DNA of 64,000 bases from Candidatus Latescibacterota bacterium (GCA_965248435.1 OZ252100.1:576001-640000), one strand, 5' to 3'. Positions 9,458 through 20,216 are shown, numbered from the stretch's first letter. Program-made: numbers and translations. Notes: generated by a model from the letters alone, not told the origin.

Positions 9458-10171
9458 CTACCTCCATTTGCGCATCCCCAGGACCCGGACCGTCACCGCC
9501 AGGAACAGCCAGATTCCACTCAAGAAATAGACGAGGTTTCGAGAATCCACCACCCCTCGGGAGATGTTGGAGAAATGAAAATTCACACTCAGATATTGCA
9601 TTGCGTGGGAAATCCCCGAAGGCATGAACAGGAGCATCTGCTCTAGCATGTAGAGCACGAAGATGATGCAGACCGCGATGATCAGGGCAACGACCTGGTT
9701 GTCGGTAAGGCTGCTGGCCATGGTGCCCAGGGCCGCGTAAAACGACCCGAGCAGGACCAGGCCCAGATATCCAGTCAAGACAGCGCCATAGTCGATGCGC
9801 GTACCCACATACAGGAGCGTCACGAAATGCACGGCCGTAAACAACAACCCTACAACGATTAGAGACACCGCTGCGAAATATTTGCCCAGCACGAATTCTA
9901 CATCCTCGATCGGCAGCGTCGAGACCACCTCCATGGTCCCCAGGTTCTTTTCCCTCGCGATCAACCCCATGGAGATGGCCGGTACGAAGAACAGGTAGAT
10001 GAGCGGTACGATACTGAAGAGCGACCGGAGGTCCGACTGACCGGCGAGGAAGAAGGTGCTGCTGAAGAAATAGCCGTTCAGGATCCCGAACAGTACCAGG
10101 AAAATGTAGGCCATGGGGCTGTTGAAATAGGACTTCAGCTCTCTCGTATAGATCGCCAGAATGTTATGCAC
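9458..10171 (-). CDS. gldF: GldF-like ABC-2 permease
   Basis: RELKSYFNSPMAY, EKNLGTME and RGVVDSRNLVYF motifs; multiple TM helices. Confidence 0.85.
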   Translation of the reverse strand: MHNILAIYTRELKSYFNSPMAYIFLVLFGILNGYFFSSTFFLAGQSDLRSLFSIVPLIYLFFVPAISMGLIAREKNLGTMEVVSTLPIEDVEFVLGKYFAAVSLIVVGLLFTAVHFVTLLYVGTRIDYGAVLTGYLGLVLLGSFYAALGTMASSLTDNQVVALIIAVCIIFVLYMLEQMLLFMPSGISHAMQYLSVNFHFSNISRGVVDSRNLVYFLSGIWLFLAVTVRVLGMRKWR

Positions 10172-11105
10172 TCTCTGCCTCCACCGTCAAACCCCTGAAC
10201 ACATCTTCCAATTGCACTTTCAACTGACTCATCTCCAGGATGACCCAGCCGTTCTCTTTCGCGAAGTGAAAAATCGATTCCCTTGGGTCTTCGGTCTGGT
10301 CGTACTCGATCGCGAGGTTCTTCTTCCCATCTTGTTCCGTCACACCGGCTACCCTGATTTCGTTCACCTGTTCTTCAAGCCTGTGGATGCTGTCCGGATC
10401 GGCGTGTTTTACCTCCAGCGTCAACCGGGTCTGTCCCCGGAAGCTGGACATCAACTGATCCGGAGTACCATCCGCAACGATCTCCCCCTCGTTCAGGATA
10501 ACGATTCGGTCCACTGTTGCCTCGATCTCCTGCAGGATGTGGCTCGAGATGATCAGCGTCTTTTCCTTTCCCAGGGACTTGATCAGCTCCCGGATTTCCA
10601 CGATCTGATTCGGATCCAGGCCCGTGACGGGTTCGTCCATGACCAGAATATCCGGGTCGTGGATCATCGCAGACGCAAGCCCGATGCGCTGCTTGTAGCC
10701 CTTGGAACACGCGCTGACATCCATATGCACAACGCCGTTAAGCCCACATAGCTGCACGACACGGTCGAGGGCATCATTGAACGCCCGACCGCGAATTTCG
10801 CGGACTTGGGCGACAAAAGCCAACAGATCGTAGACGCGCATCTCTCCGTAGAGCGGGTTCAGTTCCGGGAGATAGCCGACACGTTTCCTGATCTCCAGTG
10901 AGTGGGATTCGATGTCGAGGTCGTCCACGTAGACGTTCCCGGATGTCGGTGCGAGGTAGCTCGTGATGACCTTCAGGGTGGTGGACTTTCCGGCCCCGTT
11001 CGCACCAAGAAATCCCAGGATCTCGCCGTCACGCACTTCGAAGGTGATGCCTCGGACCGCCTCGATCGTCCCGTAATGCTTTACCAGGTTCTCAACACGT
11101 ATCAT
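10164..11105 (-). CDS. gldA: GldA-like ABC transporter ATP-binding protein
   Basis: Walker A GANGAGKST, SKGYKQR and DEPVTGLDPNQ motifs. Confidence 0.85.
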   Translation of the reverse strand: MIRVENLVKHYGTIEAVRGITFEVRDGEILGFLGANGAGKSTTLKVITSYLAPTSGNVYVDDLDIESHSLEIRKRVGYLPELNPLYGEMRVYDLLAFVAQVREIRGRAFNDALDRVVQLCGLNGVVHMDVSACSKGYKQRIGLASAMIHDPDILVMDEPVTGLDPNQIVEIRELIKSLGKEKTLIISSHILQEIEATVDRIVILNEGEIVADGTPDQLMSSFRGQTRLTLEVKHADPDSIHRLEEQVNEIRVAGVTEQDGKKNLAIEYDQTEDPRESIFHFAKENGWVILEMSQLKVQLEDVFRGLTVEAESA

Positions 11106-11391
11106 TCAGCGCGTGCCTCCCGAAAACGTGTATTCGATTTCGACTAATTTAGGCCAAAATCTCGGCCAGTCAAGATCGAGATGTGAAACGACGGAATCTG
11201 GAGAAACCTGGCTAAGTGCTGAAAACACGTTGACCCTCTACTACAGAGAGTAAGAGCACCCCGTCAACATTTCGCGTGGAGAGTTTGGGTTTGTGTCCAC
11301 GCGCCAGGCAACATATCTTGTAAATATCCTGTTTTTCAACCAATAACCGTCAGAAATCCTCGAGGATTTTCGTCCCGAAAGAGGGCAGACG

Positions 11392-12471
11392 ATGAAATTC
11401 GTGATCCGCGCCGGGGGAATCGGCACACGGCTCTGGCCGTATAGTCGCAGAGATCGTCCCAAGCAGTTCCACGCATTCGTGGGGGGGCGCAGCATGATCC
11501 AGGAAGCCGTCGCGCGCATCGCTTCCCTCGCTGGCCTGGACGACCTCTACGTCTCCACTGGAAAAGACACAGTCACGGCCGTACGTGAGCACCTGCCGGA
11601 CCTCCCGGAAGCCCACCTCTTTGAAGAACCAGCGGTGCGCAACACGGGCCCCGCTGTTGGTCTGGAGAGCGTGCTGCTTGAGACTAGATATCCCGGCTGC
11701 ACTGTTGCAAGCCTCGGTTCCGACCACCACATCGGGAAGCCGGATGAGTTCTGCCGTCTTCTCCAGGTCGCAGAGACAGCCCTTGAAGAGATGCCGGAGA
11801 CCCTCATCACCGTAGGCGTGAAACCAACGAGAATCGACACCGGCCTTGGATACATAAAAAAAGGAGAGCGACTCCGCACGATATTGGACGAACCGGTCTT
11901 CGCGGTTGAGGGATTTACCGAGAAGCCGGATGAGGATCTGGCCCGGGAATACGTCAAGAGCGGCGATTACCTGTGGAACAGCAACATGTTCGTTTGGAAG
12001 GCCCGAACCATTCTGGATCTCTTTTCCAGGTTCGAACCGGAAATCTACGATATCCTGATGCGAATCCAACGGGAGGCGGAGCGGGGAGACGCAAGCGACG
12101 TGATCGCAAGCGAATATCCCAAAATGAAGGAAATCCCGATCGACAACGCCATTCTGGAACGCGCGCAATCCCTTGCCACCCTGGAGGCCGACATCGATTG
12201 GAGTGACATTGGAACCTGGGGCGCCCTGGCTGAGGTGCTGCCAACAGACGGCGAAGGCAACCTCCTCTCAGGAGACGTCCTTGCCCTCGACGCGCACCAG
12301 GTGACCGCATATGCCTCCGCTGGAAAACTAATCGCACTGATCGATGTGGAAAATCTTGTCGTGATCGATACCCCGGACGCACTCCTGATCTGTCCGAGAG
12401 ATCAAACACAGCGAGTCAGAGACGTGGTCACCCGACTACAGCAGGAACGGGACCGCGAAAAGTACACATGA
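11392..12471 (+). CDS. manC: Mannose-1-phosphate guanylyltransferase
   Basis: AGGIGTRLWPYSR..PKQF, RNTGPA, FTEKP and WSDIGTW motifs. Confidence 0.9.
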   Translation: MKFVIRAGGIGTRLWPYSRRDRPKQFHAFVGGRSMIQEAVARIASLAGLDDLYVSTGKDTVTAVREHLPDLPEAHLFEEPAVRNTGPAVGLESVLLETRYPGCTVASLGSDHHIGKPDEFCRLLQVAETALEEMPETLITVGVKPTRIDTGLGYIKKGERLRTILDEPVFAVEGFTEKPDEDLAREYVKSGDYLWNSNMFVWKARTILDLFSRFEPEIYDILMRIQREAERGDASDVIASEYPKMKEIPIDNAILERAQSLATLEADIDWSDIGTWGALAEVLPTDGEGNLLSGDVLALDAHQVTAYASAGKLIALIDVENLVVIDTPDALLICPRDQTQRVRDVVTRLQQERDREKYT

Positions 12472-12519
12472 TGGTGTTTCGATGCAACCTTCAAGAGATG
12501 GCGATCTGGGAGCGCGAAT

Positions 12520-13263
12520 TCATTCATGCTCTGCGACGATAGCGGTCCGATAGTAGCTGCAGAAGCCCGTGATCGGGCAAATGTCGCACGATGGGCTTCT
12601 CGCCGTGCAAACCCCCCTTCCGAAATCGATCAGATCCAGATGAAACCCTCTGGCCCTTCCTTTGGGAATCAGTTCGGCAAGCTCAAGGTGAGCCCTATCC
12701 CTCCCGACGCGCTCACCGATCACGCCTACACGGCGTAACACTCTGTGCACGTGCGTATCGACTGCGCACATATCCCGGTTGAACGCGAAAGCCAGGACGA
12801 TATAGGCCGTCTTAAGTCCGATGCCCCTGTGGCTGGTCAATAACTCGACAGCCTCCTCATCCTCGAGACCTTCCACAAAACCGAGATCAAAATCTCCTCT
12901 TTCCCTTTCCAGCCACCTGAGGAACGAGCGAATCGTCCGGGCCTTCTGATCGGTCAGGCCGGCTACCCGAATGGCACGCTTGAGCCTCCGGAGATCGGCA
13001 CGTGCGACTTCAGGCCAGGTCGAGAACCGCTCTTTGAGCCCGTCGAACGCCCGGTCCCGATTACGGTCCGTTGTATTCTGCGAGAGGATCGTTCTGATCA
13101 ATGCATCCAGAGGATCACGGGCCTCGCGCTTTGGATTCCACGCAACTCCGCCGTAGATTCGATCGAGGACCCGAAACACATTCCGTACGAGCTCCCGGCG
13201 ACACCGTCTTTCGTCGGGATCGGACCGTGGCGGACTAGCTCGATCAGGACCGGGGGTTCGCAC
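12520..13263 (-). CDS. nth: Endonuclease III (HhH-GPD DNA glycosylase)
   Basis: ILSQNTTD, GIGLKTA and VDTHVHR motifs; Fe-S motif CTARSPSCDICPITGFC. Start assumed at the GTG overlapping the PilZ stop. Confidence 0.85.
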   Translation of the reverse strand: MRTPGPDRASPPRSDPDERRCRRELVRNVFRVLDRIYGGVAWNPKREARDPLDALIRTILSQNTTDRNRDRAFDGLKERFSTWPEVARADLRRLKRAIRVAGLTDQKARTIRSFLRWLERERGDFDLGFVEGLEDEEAVELLTSHRGIGLKTAYIVLAFAFNRDMCAVDTHVHRVLRRVGVIGERVGRDRAHLELAELIPKGRARGFHLDLIDFGRGVCTARSPSCDICPITGFCSYYRTAIVAEHE

Positions 13264-13640
13264 TAGCTGCCGTCCCTCTCCTCGATCTCCTGAACCAGCT
13301 TCAACAGGCGCCCTCGTGCATCCCCGGGATATTCGCAGAACATCCACCCGCTCGTCCGAGTCCCTTCCTCATCGGAGTCGGTCCAGATAGGCTCGGCGAC
13401 AAGTTGTATGGGTTCCTCTCCCTCGCGAGGGACGAGGCTCACTCTGACCTCCCGATCTCCACCCGTCAAATCGGCGATCGTCGGGACCTCTGAAAGATCG
13501 ATCCTCATGCCGGTCTCACTCACATCCTTGGTCCTGCACATCCGCTCATCCCCCTCGCGGACCGTTATCAGAACCAGCAAACGCACTGAAAAGCGCGTAT
13601 TCTTGCGGCGCCTCCTCCAAAACCTGCCAAGCAAGCCCAC
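13263..13640 (-). CDS. PilZ domain protein (c-di-GMP binding)
   Basis: RxxxR (RKNTR) and DxSxxG (DVSETG) motifs. Confidence 0.8.
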   Translation of the reverse strand: MGLLGRFWRRRRKNTRFSVRLLVLITVREGDERMCRTKDVSETGMRIDLSEVPTIADLTGGDREVRVSLVPREGEEPIQLVAEPIWTDSDEEGTRTSGWMFCEYPGDARGRLLKLVQEIEERDGS

Positions 13641-13908
13641 CTTCGGTCCTCGCAATTGAGTCTTCAGATCGCAACTTGGTTTTTGCTATCTGCCGGAAAC
13701 GATCGTGACAGCCCTCGGAGGGGCAAATAGGAAGCTTCGGGGTTTAAGAAATCATACTTCAGCGGGATAGACAAGGAATTTTCTCGCCAGATCACGGCAA
13801 AACCGGGCTCTGCCCGACCGGGTTGCGGGGAGGGCATCCTTGACTTCCAAGGCTCTTAAGTCAGGGTGTTTGAAGTATTTGTCCCATTTCTCTAGCTTTG
13901 GTTCCGGC

Positions 13909-13937
13909 TTGACACACCCGGTGCTTATCCCGATATT
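13909..13937 (+). promoter_or_regulatory. Putative sigma70 promoter for the tetR gene
   Basis: TTGACA-N17-GATATT, about 50 bp upstream of ATG 13990. Confidence 0.5.
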
Positions 13938-13989
13938 TTCTGCAGCACCTAATCGCTCGACCTGATTTCTTGACCTATCAACTTATATT

Positions 13990-14659
13990 ATGACCTCTAA
14001 ACGACTTCCACACGAGGAACGACGCAACCAGATCATCGAGGTCGCGATGGAGCTCTTCGCGAACAAGGGGTTCAAGGGAGCGACTACACGCTCGATCGCA
14101 AAGGCTGCCGGAGTCTCTGAAGCCATTATTTTCCGCCATTTTGAAACAAAGGAAGACCTCTACGACGCCATCATCACCTATAACGGTAGAAAGGCGCATC
14201 AAGACCTGGGAAGGAGATGCGGCTTCCCTGGAGAAAGCGGGAGATTTGAGGACGATCCTCCGGGAATTCGCACAATTCTTCATCGAGCGCAACAGACGGG
14301 ATCACACCTTTATCCGGCTCATGATGTACAGTGCATTGGAGGACCACAAATTCCGGGAAAAATTCAAGGAGATCTACCGGTCCACCCACTTTGCGCGCAT
14401 TCGGCAGACCATCGAAACCGGCATCGAAGAGGGACTTTACAGGCCGGTAGATCCTCGACTCACGACCCGTTCCTTTTTCTGGGCTTTGCTCCACTACTGC
14501 ATCGCCCGATTCGTGGTCGCGAAACCCCGCCTGAACTCGTCCACCGATGAGGAAATGGTCGACAACCTGGTTGATATCTTTGTGCACGGCCTGGAACGCC
14601 ACGGCTCAGAGCACGGTATCGGTTCACCCGCGTTCGAAAATGAGACATTCCAGGAGTAA
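13990..14659 (+). CDS. TetR/AcrR family regulator, frameshifted by an extra A at about 14182
   Basis: [32 protein letters not shown]. The C-terminal domain continues in the 14141..14659 frame. Confidence 0.85.
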
Positions 14660-14734
14660 GAGGCGAAAGATGCGTCCGAGGACAGAGGATGAAGGTTTCA
14701 GGATTTACTGCACAAATTGATTGGGGGCAGTCGT

Positions 14735-15253
14735 TTGGCTGAGAAAGACGCAACGAAACTTTCGGAAAACACCCGTCGGTTCGTTCACATCCTTGATAAA
14801 ATCCCCATGTTTCAAAGACTCACGCCCGCGCAGGCCGTGGAGATTTTGAAAATATGCAAACCCCAGTCTTTCAGCCAGAAGGAAGTGCTGTGCGAGTATG
14901 GCAGCAAGAGCACAGAGATGCACATCCTGCTGTCGGGAAAGCTGGTCGTAACCGCCCAAGATGGTACGGCCCTGACTTCACTTACGCCCATCACGACGGT
15001 GGGTGAGATGGGTGTCATCACGGCACAGCCCCGGTCGGCCACGGTGATCGCCGGTCAGCCCAGCAGTGTGTTTCTGGTATCGAAGCTAAAATTCGAAGTC
15101 CTCATAAAGAAATTCCCGGATATAGGGTTTGTTATCTACCGAAACATCATTCAAATCTTATCTGAGCGTCTGGACACAACAAACAAGCAGCTTGTTACAA
15201 GCCAGAAGAATCTCTCAGAAATCCGCGAGAAAGGTGACGTGCTTTCCATCTGA
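14735..15253 (+). CDS. Cyclic nucleotide-binding domain protein without an HTH
   Basis: VGEMGVITAQPRSATV cNMP pocket and a C-terminal coiled helix. Confidence 0.85.
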   Translation: MAEKDATKLSENTRRFVHILDKIPMFQRLTPAQAVEILKICKPQSFSQKEVLCEYGSKSTEMHILLSGKLVVTAQDGTALTSLTPITTVGEMGVITAQPRSATVIAGQPSSVFLVSKLKFEVLIKKFPDIGFVIYRNIIQILSERLDTTNKQLVTSQKNLSEIREKGDVLSI

Positions 15254-15302
15254 GTCACCTTAGCGGTCCACACCCCTCCCCCACCACCACTTTCCACTCT
15301 CT

Positions 15303-16670
15303 ATGAGCGTTGATCTCAAATTTCTTGAATCGGGTAAGGCCATCAGGGACCCGATATGGGGTTACATCCACGTCCCTTGGGATATGATCTCCCTTGTGGA
15401 CACTCAAGAATTTCAGAGGCTCCGAGATATTTCTCAGCTCGGGCAAGTGCTGCTGGTCTATCCGGGGGCTCGCCACTCGCGTTTTGAACATTCGCTGGGT
15501 GTTTTTCATCTCACCGGACAGTTTTTGAACCAGCTTCTCAAAGCAGACCAGCCTCTGGACATCGAAATGGAAGACGCCAGGGTGCTACTGGCCGCAAGTC
15601 TTCTCCACGACGTCGGCCATTATCCTTTCTCCCACCTGTTCGAAGAGATGCAAATGTTCTTCGTGGACCACGAGGAACGCGGCCGACAGATCCTTCTGGA
15701 CCCGGCTACGGAAATTCACACCGCACTCCTGGAAGCAGACATTGACCCTTTGAGAGTCTCAAACGTGATCGACTACAAGAATGTGAAAGAGGAGATCCCA
15801 CCCCGCGACCTCAGACTGGCCTATATCCTGAGTGGTACGCTCGACCCGGATAAGATCGATTACCTCTTGCGAGATGCCCGTTACTGCGGCGTACCTTTTG
15901 GCGAAAGCGTTAATCGAGACCGCCTGGTGCGCGCCATCACGTTTGATCCGGCGAGTCAGCGGCCAGCCATTACCTACAAAGGCGTCTCTGCTGTGGAGGC
16001 CCTCATCTTCACGAATTACCTAATGTACAGAAACGTCTACTGGCACCACGCCGTCCGATCGGCAAATGCGATGCTCAAGCGGGGCATACAGGATCTGCTG
16101 GCCCATCCTGAATGCAGTTTAGAGGAGGCAGACTTCGACCGATCGACCGAGGCCGACCTCATTCATCGCCTAGAGTTGGAAATGGATCGCCTCGGCGTAG
16201 ATAGACGTGAGAACATGATCGCCCGCCTTAAACGAAGGAAACTGTATAAAGTCGCAAGGACGTTCTTTCAGCACGAACGCAATCGGGACCTGATGAATAC
16301 ATTCGAGCATCTTTATTACCACCCCGAGGCACGCCGAAAACTCGAGGCCGAACTCTGTGACCGGTTTTCCGGGATGATCAACGATCGATTGAGATCGGAC
16401 GAAATCCTGATCGACATTCCACGTCTTGGGAAGAGCCCGGAAGTCGACCTGAAGGTTTTCTTCGGGTCACACATTCCGGCAGACAAGGCCGATCCACTCT
16501 CGTTTGACGACCCCGAGGTTACACTGCTCAAAGATTACCTGATTGGCAATTTCGAGGCGCAGGCCAAAGTCGTGAGAATCTTCTGCACCGACAATCCCGC
16601 TTTGCTGGAGACGGTGAAGACGGAAATCCAGAATCTCCTCACCTCGAGGGCAGAGAAAATCGCTGGTTAG
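15303..16670 (+). CDS. HD-domain phosphohydrolase (SAMHD1/dNTP triphosphohydrolase-like)
   Basis: RDPIWG, FQRLRDISQLG, HSRFEHSLG, LLHDVGHYPFSH, DPDKIDYLLRD and VYWHHAVR motifs. Confidence 0.9.
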   Translation: MSVDLKFLESGKAIRDPIWGYIHVPWDMISLVDTQEFQRLRDISQLGQVLLVYPGARHSRFEHSLGVFHLTGQFLNQLLKADQPLDIEMEDARVLLAASLLHDVGHYPFSHLFEEMQMFFVDHEERGRQILLDPATEIHTALLEADIDPLRVSNVIDYKNVKEEIPPRDLRLAYILSGTLDPDKIDYLLRDARYCGVPFGESVNRDRLVRAITFDPASQRPAITYKGVSAVEALIFTNYLMYRNVYWHHAVRSANAMLKRGIQDLLAHPECSLEEADFDRSTEADLIHRLELEMDRLGVDRRENMIARLKRRKLYKVARTFFQHERNRDLMNTFEHLYYHPEARRKLEAELCDRFSGMINDRLRSDEILIDIPRLGKSPEVDLKVFFGSHIPADKADPLSFDDPEVTLLKDYLIGNFEAQAKVVRIFCTDNPALLETVKTEIQNLLTSRAEKIAG

Positions 16671-16700
16671 TCCGCTTATCCACAGTGTTGAGATTCCCGC

Positions 16701-16729
16701 TTGACAATGCGGTTTGGAGAACTTACATT
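16701..16729 (+). promoter_or_regulatory. sigma70 promoter for the M23 peptidase gene
   Basis: TTGACA-N17-TACATT. Confidence 0.65.
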
Positions 16730-16800
16730 CCGGTTAGGTATCAACAATTGTAATACATCAAATTAAGTGTATTAGGCGAAGTTAAGGGAGGAGCTCGCCG

Positions 16801-17751
16801 GTGAGCAGATACCTGACGTTCATGGTTATACCCCACAATGAGGATCAGGTCCGGGAAGTGAATCTTTCCAGGCCTAGCCTGTGGGGAATATTTGCACTCG
16901 TCGCGATCGCCGTCTTGGCCCTATCGTTTTACGCGATGGGATATTACACGAAGCGCAGCCGCGAAATCAAGCTGTCTGTGGTCAGGGCTGAGAACGCCGA
17001 TCTAAAGGATCACCTGCTAAGGGTGAAGGGAAAACTCGGCTACGTCCGCGACAGGGTCGATTACCTCTCCAAGACGGATCGCATGATGCGCGCCTGGGCC
17101 AGCTTGCCGGAGCCGGGCGAGGACGTGAGAAAGATGGGTGTGGGCGGTTTATCCCACGATGCCCCACCCTGGTCGGGCTTGGTTTCGTCCGTGACGTCGC
17201 AGAGCCTGACAGAGGTCCATTTCCAGATGGAGCAGTTCCTGAGGGAGGCTCGATTTCTGAGCACAAGTTTCGACAGCATCGGTGCCCTACTCAGTCGAGA
17301 TGATGCGCTAAGGCGCCACACACCCTCAATATCACCCGTCTCTCCAGAGGCCGAGTGCTGGACCTCCTCAGGTTTCGGGTATAGAACGGACCCCTTCACA
17401 GGCCGGCGGCAGTTTCATAACGGTCTGGATATCGCCTGTCGCATGGGGACGCCCATCCTTGCCACGGCCGACGGCGTGATCAGCAAGGTCAGCGCGAGCG
17501 CGCACAAACATCTCGGTTTCTACGTGGCGATAGACCACGGCCAGGATTTCCGTACGGTCTACGGACACTTGCAGAGTGTTCCCTCTCTCAAGTTGGGTCA
17601 AAGGGTCAGACGCGGGGAGGTCGTTGGAAGGATGGGTAAATCGGGCAGGGCCACAGCCCCCCACCTGCATTACACCATCAGCATCAGCGGGCGGGCCGCA
17701 AATCCCAAGCGCTACATCTTCGATCAAAGAAGCTTCAGCTCGATTTTTTAA
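16801..17751 (+). CDS. M23 family murein metallopeptidase
   Basis: TM helix and coiled coil, then HNGLD, TVYGHL and PHLHY motifs. Confidence 0.92.
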   Translation: MSRYLTFMVIPHNEDQVREVNLSRPSLWGIFALVAIAVLALSFYAMGYYTKRSREIKLSVVRAENADLKDHLLRVKGKLGYVRDRVDYLSKTDRMMRAWASLPEPGEDVRKMGVGGLSHDAPPWSGLVSSVTSQSLTEVHFQMEQFLREARFLSTSFDSIGALLSRDDALRRHTPSISPVSPEAECWTSSGFGYRTDPFTGRRQFHNGLDIACRMGTPILATADGVISKVSASAHKHLGFYVAIDHGQDFRTVYGHLQSVPSLKLGQRVRRGEVVGRMGKSGRATAPHLHYTISISGRAANPKRYIFDQRSFSSIF

Positions 17752-17770
17752 ACGCGCGATCCCTTGAAAG

Positions 17771-17808
17771 AATAAAAAGAGGACCCTCTTTGGGGTCCTC
17801 TTTTTATT
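17771..17808. terminator. Bidirectional rho-independent terminator
   Basis: AATAAAAAGAGGACCC / GGGTCCTCTTTTTATT perfect inverted repeat between the convergent M23 and lptG genes. Confidence 0.9.
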
Positions 17809-17854
17809 GGCAGTGACACAAGGAACGGTGGGCTTGCAGTCGACGAAGAACCTC

Positions 17855-18924
17855 TTATTTATGCGCTCTGGCTAGGAGCACAAAGCCGATGCCCAGGAAG
17901 AGCAGGTTGGGCAGCCACGCTGCAAGGAATGGATCGAGCAAACCATTCCATCCCATGGCCCTGCCCACCTGGATACACCCGTAAAAGACGAAGGAGGCGA
18001 GTAGACAGATTCCAAACTGAAGCGGCCTCCTTGCTGCTCGAAACCAGGAGGCAAGGGGCAGGCCAAAGAGTACGATGACGAAGTCAGCGAAAGAAAAGCT
18101 GATCCGGAGGTGGCGCTCCACCAATTCACGATTTACATCCTGTCCGTTTCGAACCTTTCGATGAACATAATCTCCCAGTTCCGAATAGCTCATCTGCTCG
18201 GTTGTCCGATACTTCCTGGAGAGATCGGCCGGGAGGCTCGTGATTTCCTTTCCGCGCCATTCCTGGAACCTTCTTACAGTCTCGACTTCCCCGACATGAA
18301 ACCGTCTTACCTCTCCGGTGAGAAACAGCCACTCGTCATCGTCCCAAACCATCTCCGCTGCGCTTACTTTTCGGATCAACCTTTGACCCTTATAGTGGTC
18401 GAGTGTGATTTGTGTGCCACGTCGTTCTCTTGGATGATATTCTCTAACGGAAAGGATTTGCCCGTCCACATCCCTGATCGTCACCTGCGACATCACAAAG
18501 GGTCTGACGAGGGAATTCTCGCCCTTGTCTATCTCCATTCTTCTTCGGTTCGCCGTAGGCAAAACCAAGTCGGCAAAAAAAAAGCCCCGATACTCACCAG
18601 GAGCGCAAACACATTAACGGGCAGCAGAATTTGAACCAGACTCACACCTGTCGCCTTCATCGCGGTCAATTCATTGTGGCGCACGAGACCCCCCACACTG
18701 AACAGGCTGGCGAGCAGGAGGGCCATGGGCAGCACCAGGATGGAGATGTAGGGGACATACCAAAGGTAATAGGATACGATCAATTCAATTGTTACATCCC
18801 GATCGATAAACGACCCCAATCGGTCGACAAGATCGATGACGATGAAGATGACCAGGAAGGATAGGAGCCCGAGACCCAAGGGAGCAAGGAACTGCCTCAG
18901 GACATACCTGCTCAAGATGTGCAC
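17855..18924 (-). CDS. lptG: LPS export permease LptG, frameshifted at a T9 run (18575-18583)
   Basis: ILSRYVLRQF and HNELTAMKATGVS in the N-terminal frame; LDPFLAAWLPNLLF in the C-terminal frame. Confidence 0.85.
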
Positions 18925-20216
18925 ACGCGCCTCCCCAGCCTAAGGAGGCTCTTGTCACCAACGAGCCTCAGAGACATCCAGACCCCGAAGCAACCCACGA
19001 GTATGTTCGCCGCCCACATCGACAACCACGGGGATAGGTACCCTCGGTCGGCCAATCTCTCTCCTCCGATCAGAAACGCCCAATAGATCAGAAAAAAGGC
19101 AATACTGATGCCGGCTCCCACACCGGCACCCCTCACCCTCACTAAAACGCCGAGGGGGGCGCCTACAAGGACGAATACCATGCAGGCCGCCGGTATGGAG
19201 AACTTCTTGTGGACTTCCACCCAGTCACGGTCGGCCGCGCGCCGCTTATGTCTGGCCAGGGCCGCATCTGCCCTGGCCTGCGCAATCAGGCCCCGAAGCC
19301 GCAACCTCACCTTTTCCCCGGGCATCGGTTCAATCAGGTTCCTTTTCATGAAATCGACCAGATTTTGCCTCCGTCCTGCCTTCAGCTGCCGAAACTCGCG
19401 CTCGTAGGTTGCAGCGCGCTTCGAAAGCATCCCGATGCTCATCTCCCGATCGTTCCGGTAGTGCGACACCGTGCGAGAGAGCCGCCTCCCGGCCTTCCCG
19501 AGCCTAAGTACCTGCCTTTCAAACCTGGCCTTTACGTAGATTCCCGGATCGGATTCGTCTACACGGTGGATTTCGCCTTTTCGAAGCAACAAGGAGACCT
19601 CATCTGTCCCCTCATCGTATGAGATACTTCCTCCGTCGGCAAAAATCGTCACAGGGTATCCTGCGGCCTCATAGCGGTAGATAATCACATTTTCAAGCTC
19701 AGAGGTCGCCTGGTCGATTTCACCTATAAGGATCCTGTAATCTTCGAAATCCTTGATGAAAATCCCGGGCTCGAGAACCACAGATGGCTGTTTCCTCCGG
19801 ATGTCCATCGCCAGCACGCGGGCCCTGTGGTTGAACTCTGGCAAGACCCGATCGTTAAACAGGACCAGGGCTAGGCCCAGAAGACAGGCACAAAGCAAGA
19901 CCGGCCAGATCAACTGGTGGATCCCGATTCCGAGCGCCCGCGCCGCGATCATCTCGTTGTCGCCGCTCATCCGACCGAACGCCATTAAGGTGCCACCCAG
20001 CACGGACATCGGGACCGCAAGGGCCACCATCCAGGCTGTGTTTAGGAGAAAGAGCTCCAAAACAACTGCGAGTTCGACACCTTTGCCAAGGATCAGGTCG
20101 AGCATCTGCAGGATCAGGTCTACGATCAGCAGGAACATGATAACGGCAAAACTGTAAAAAAACGGCGCCAAGTGCTCAAGCAGCACGTAACGCTTCAAAA
20201 GCATACCGATCTCCAT
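18912..20216 (-). CDS. lptF: LPS export permease LptF
   Basis: LKRYVLLEHLAPF, GRMSGDNEMIA, EVHKKFSIP and MWAANI motifs. Confidence 0.85.
   Translation of the reverse strand: MEIGMLLKRYVLLEHLAPFFYSFAVIMFLLIVDLILQMLDLILGKGVELAVVLELFLLNTAWMVALAVPMSVLGGTLMAFGRMSGDNEMIAARALGIGIHQLIWPVLLCACLLGLALVLFNDRVLPEFNHRARVLAMDIRRKQPSVVLEPGIFIKDFEDYRILIGEIDQATSELENVIIYRYEAAGYPVTIFADGGSISYDEGTDEVSLLLRKGEIHRVDESDPGIYVKARFERQVLRLGKAGRRLSRTVSHYRNDREMSIGMLSKRAATYEREFRQLKAGRRQNLVDFMKRNLIEPMPGEKVRLRLRGLIAQARADAALARHKRRAADRDWVEVHKKFSIPAACMVFVLVGAPLGVLVRVRGAGVGAGISIAFFLIYWAFLIGGERLADRGYLSPWLSMWAANILVGCFGVWMSLRLVGDKSLLRLGRRVCTS

Noticed and set aside
13660-13900. Possible ncRNA or riboswitch in the PilZ-tetR intergenic region
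   Set aside because: Only short GC hairpins and promoter-like hexamers; no recognisable RNA family signature.
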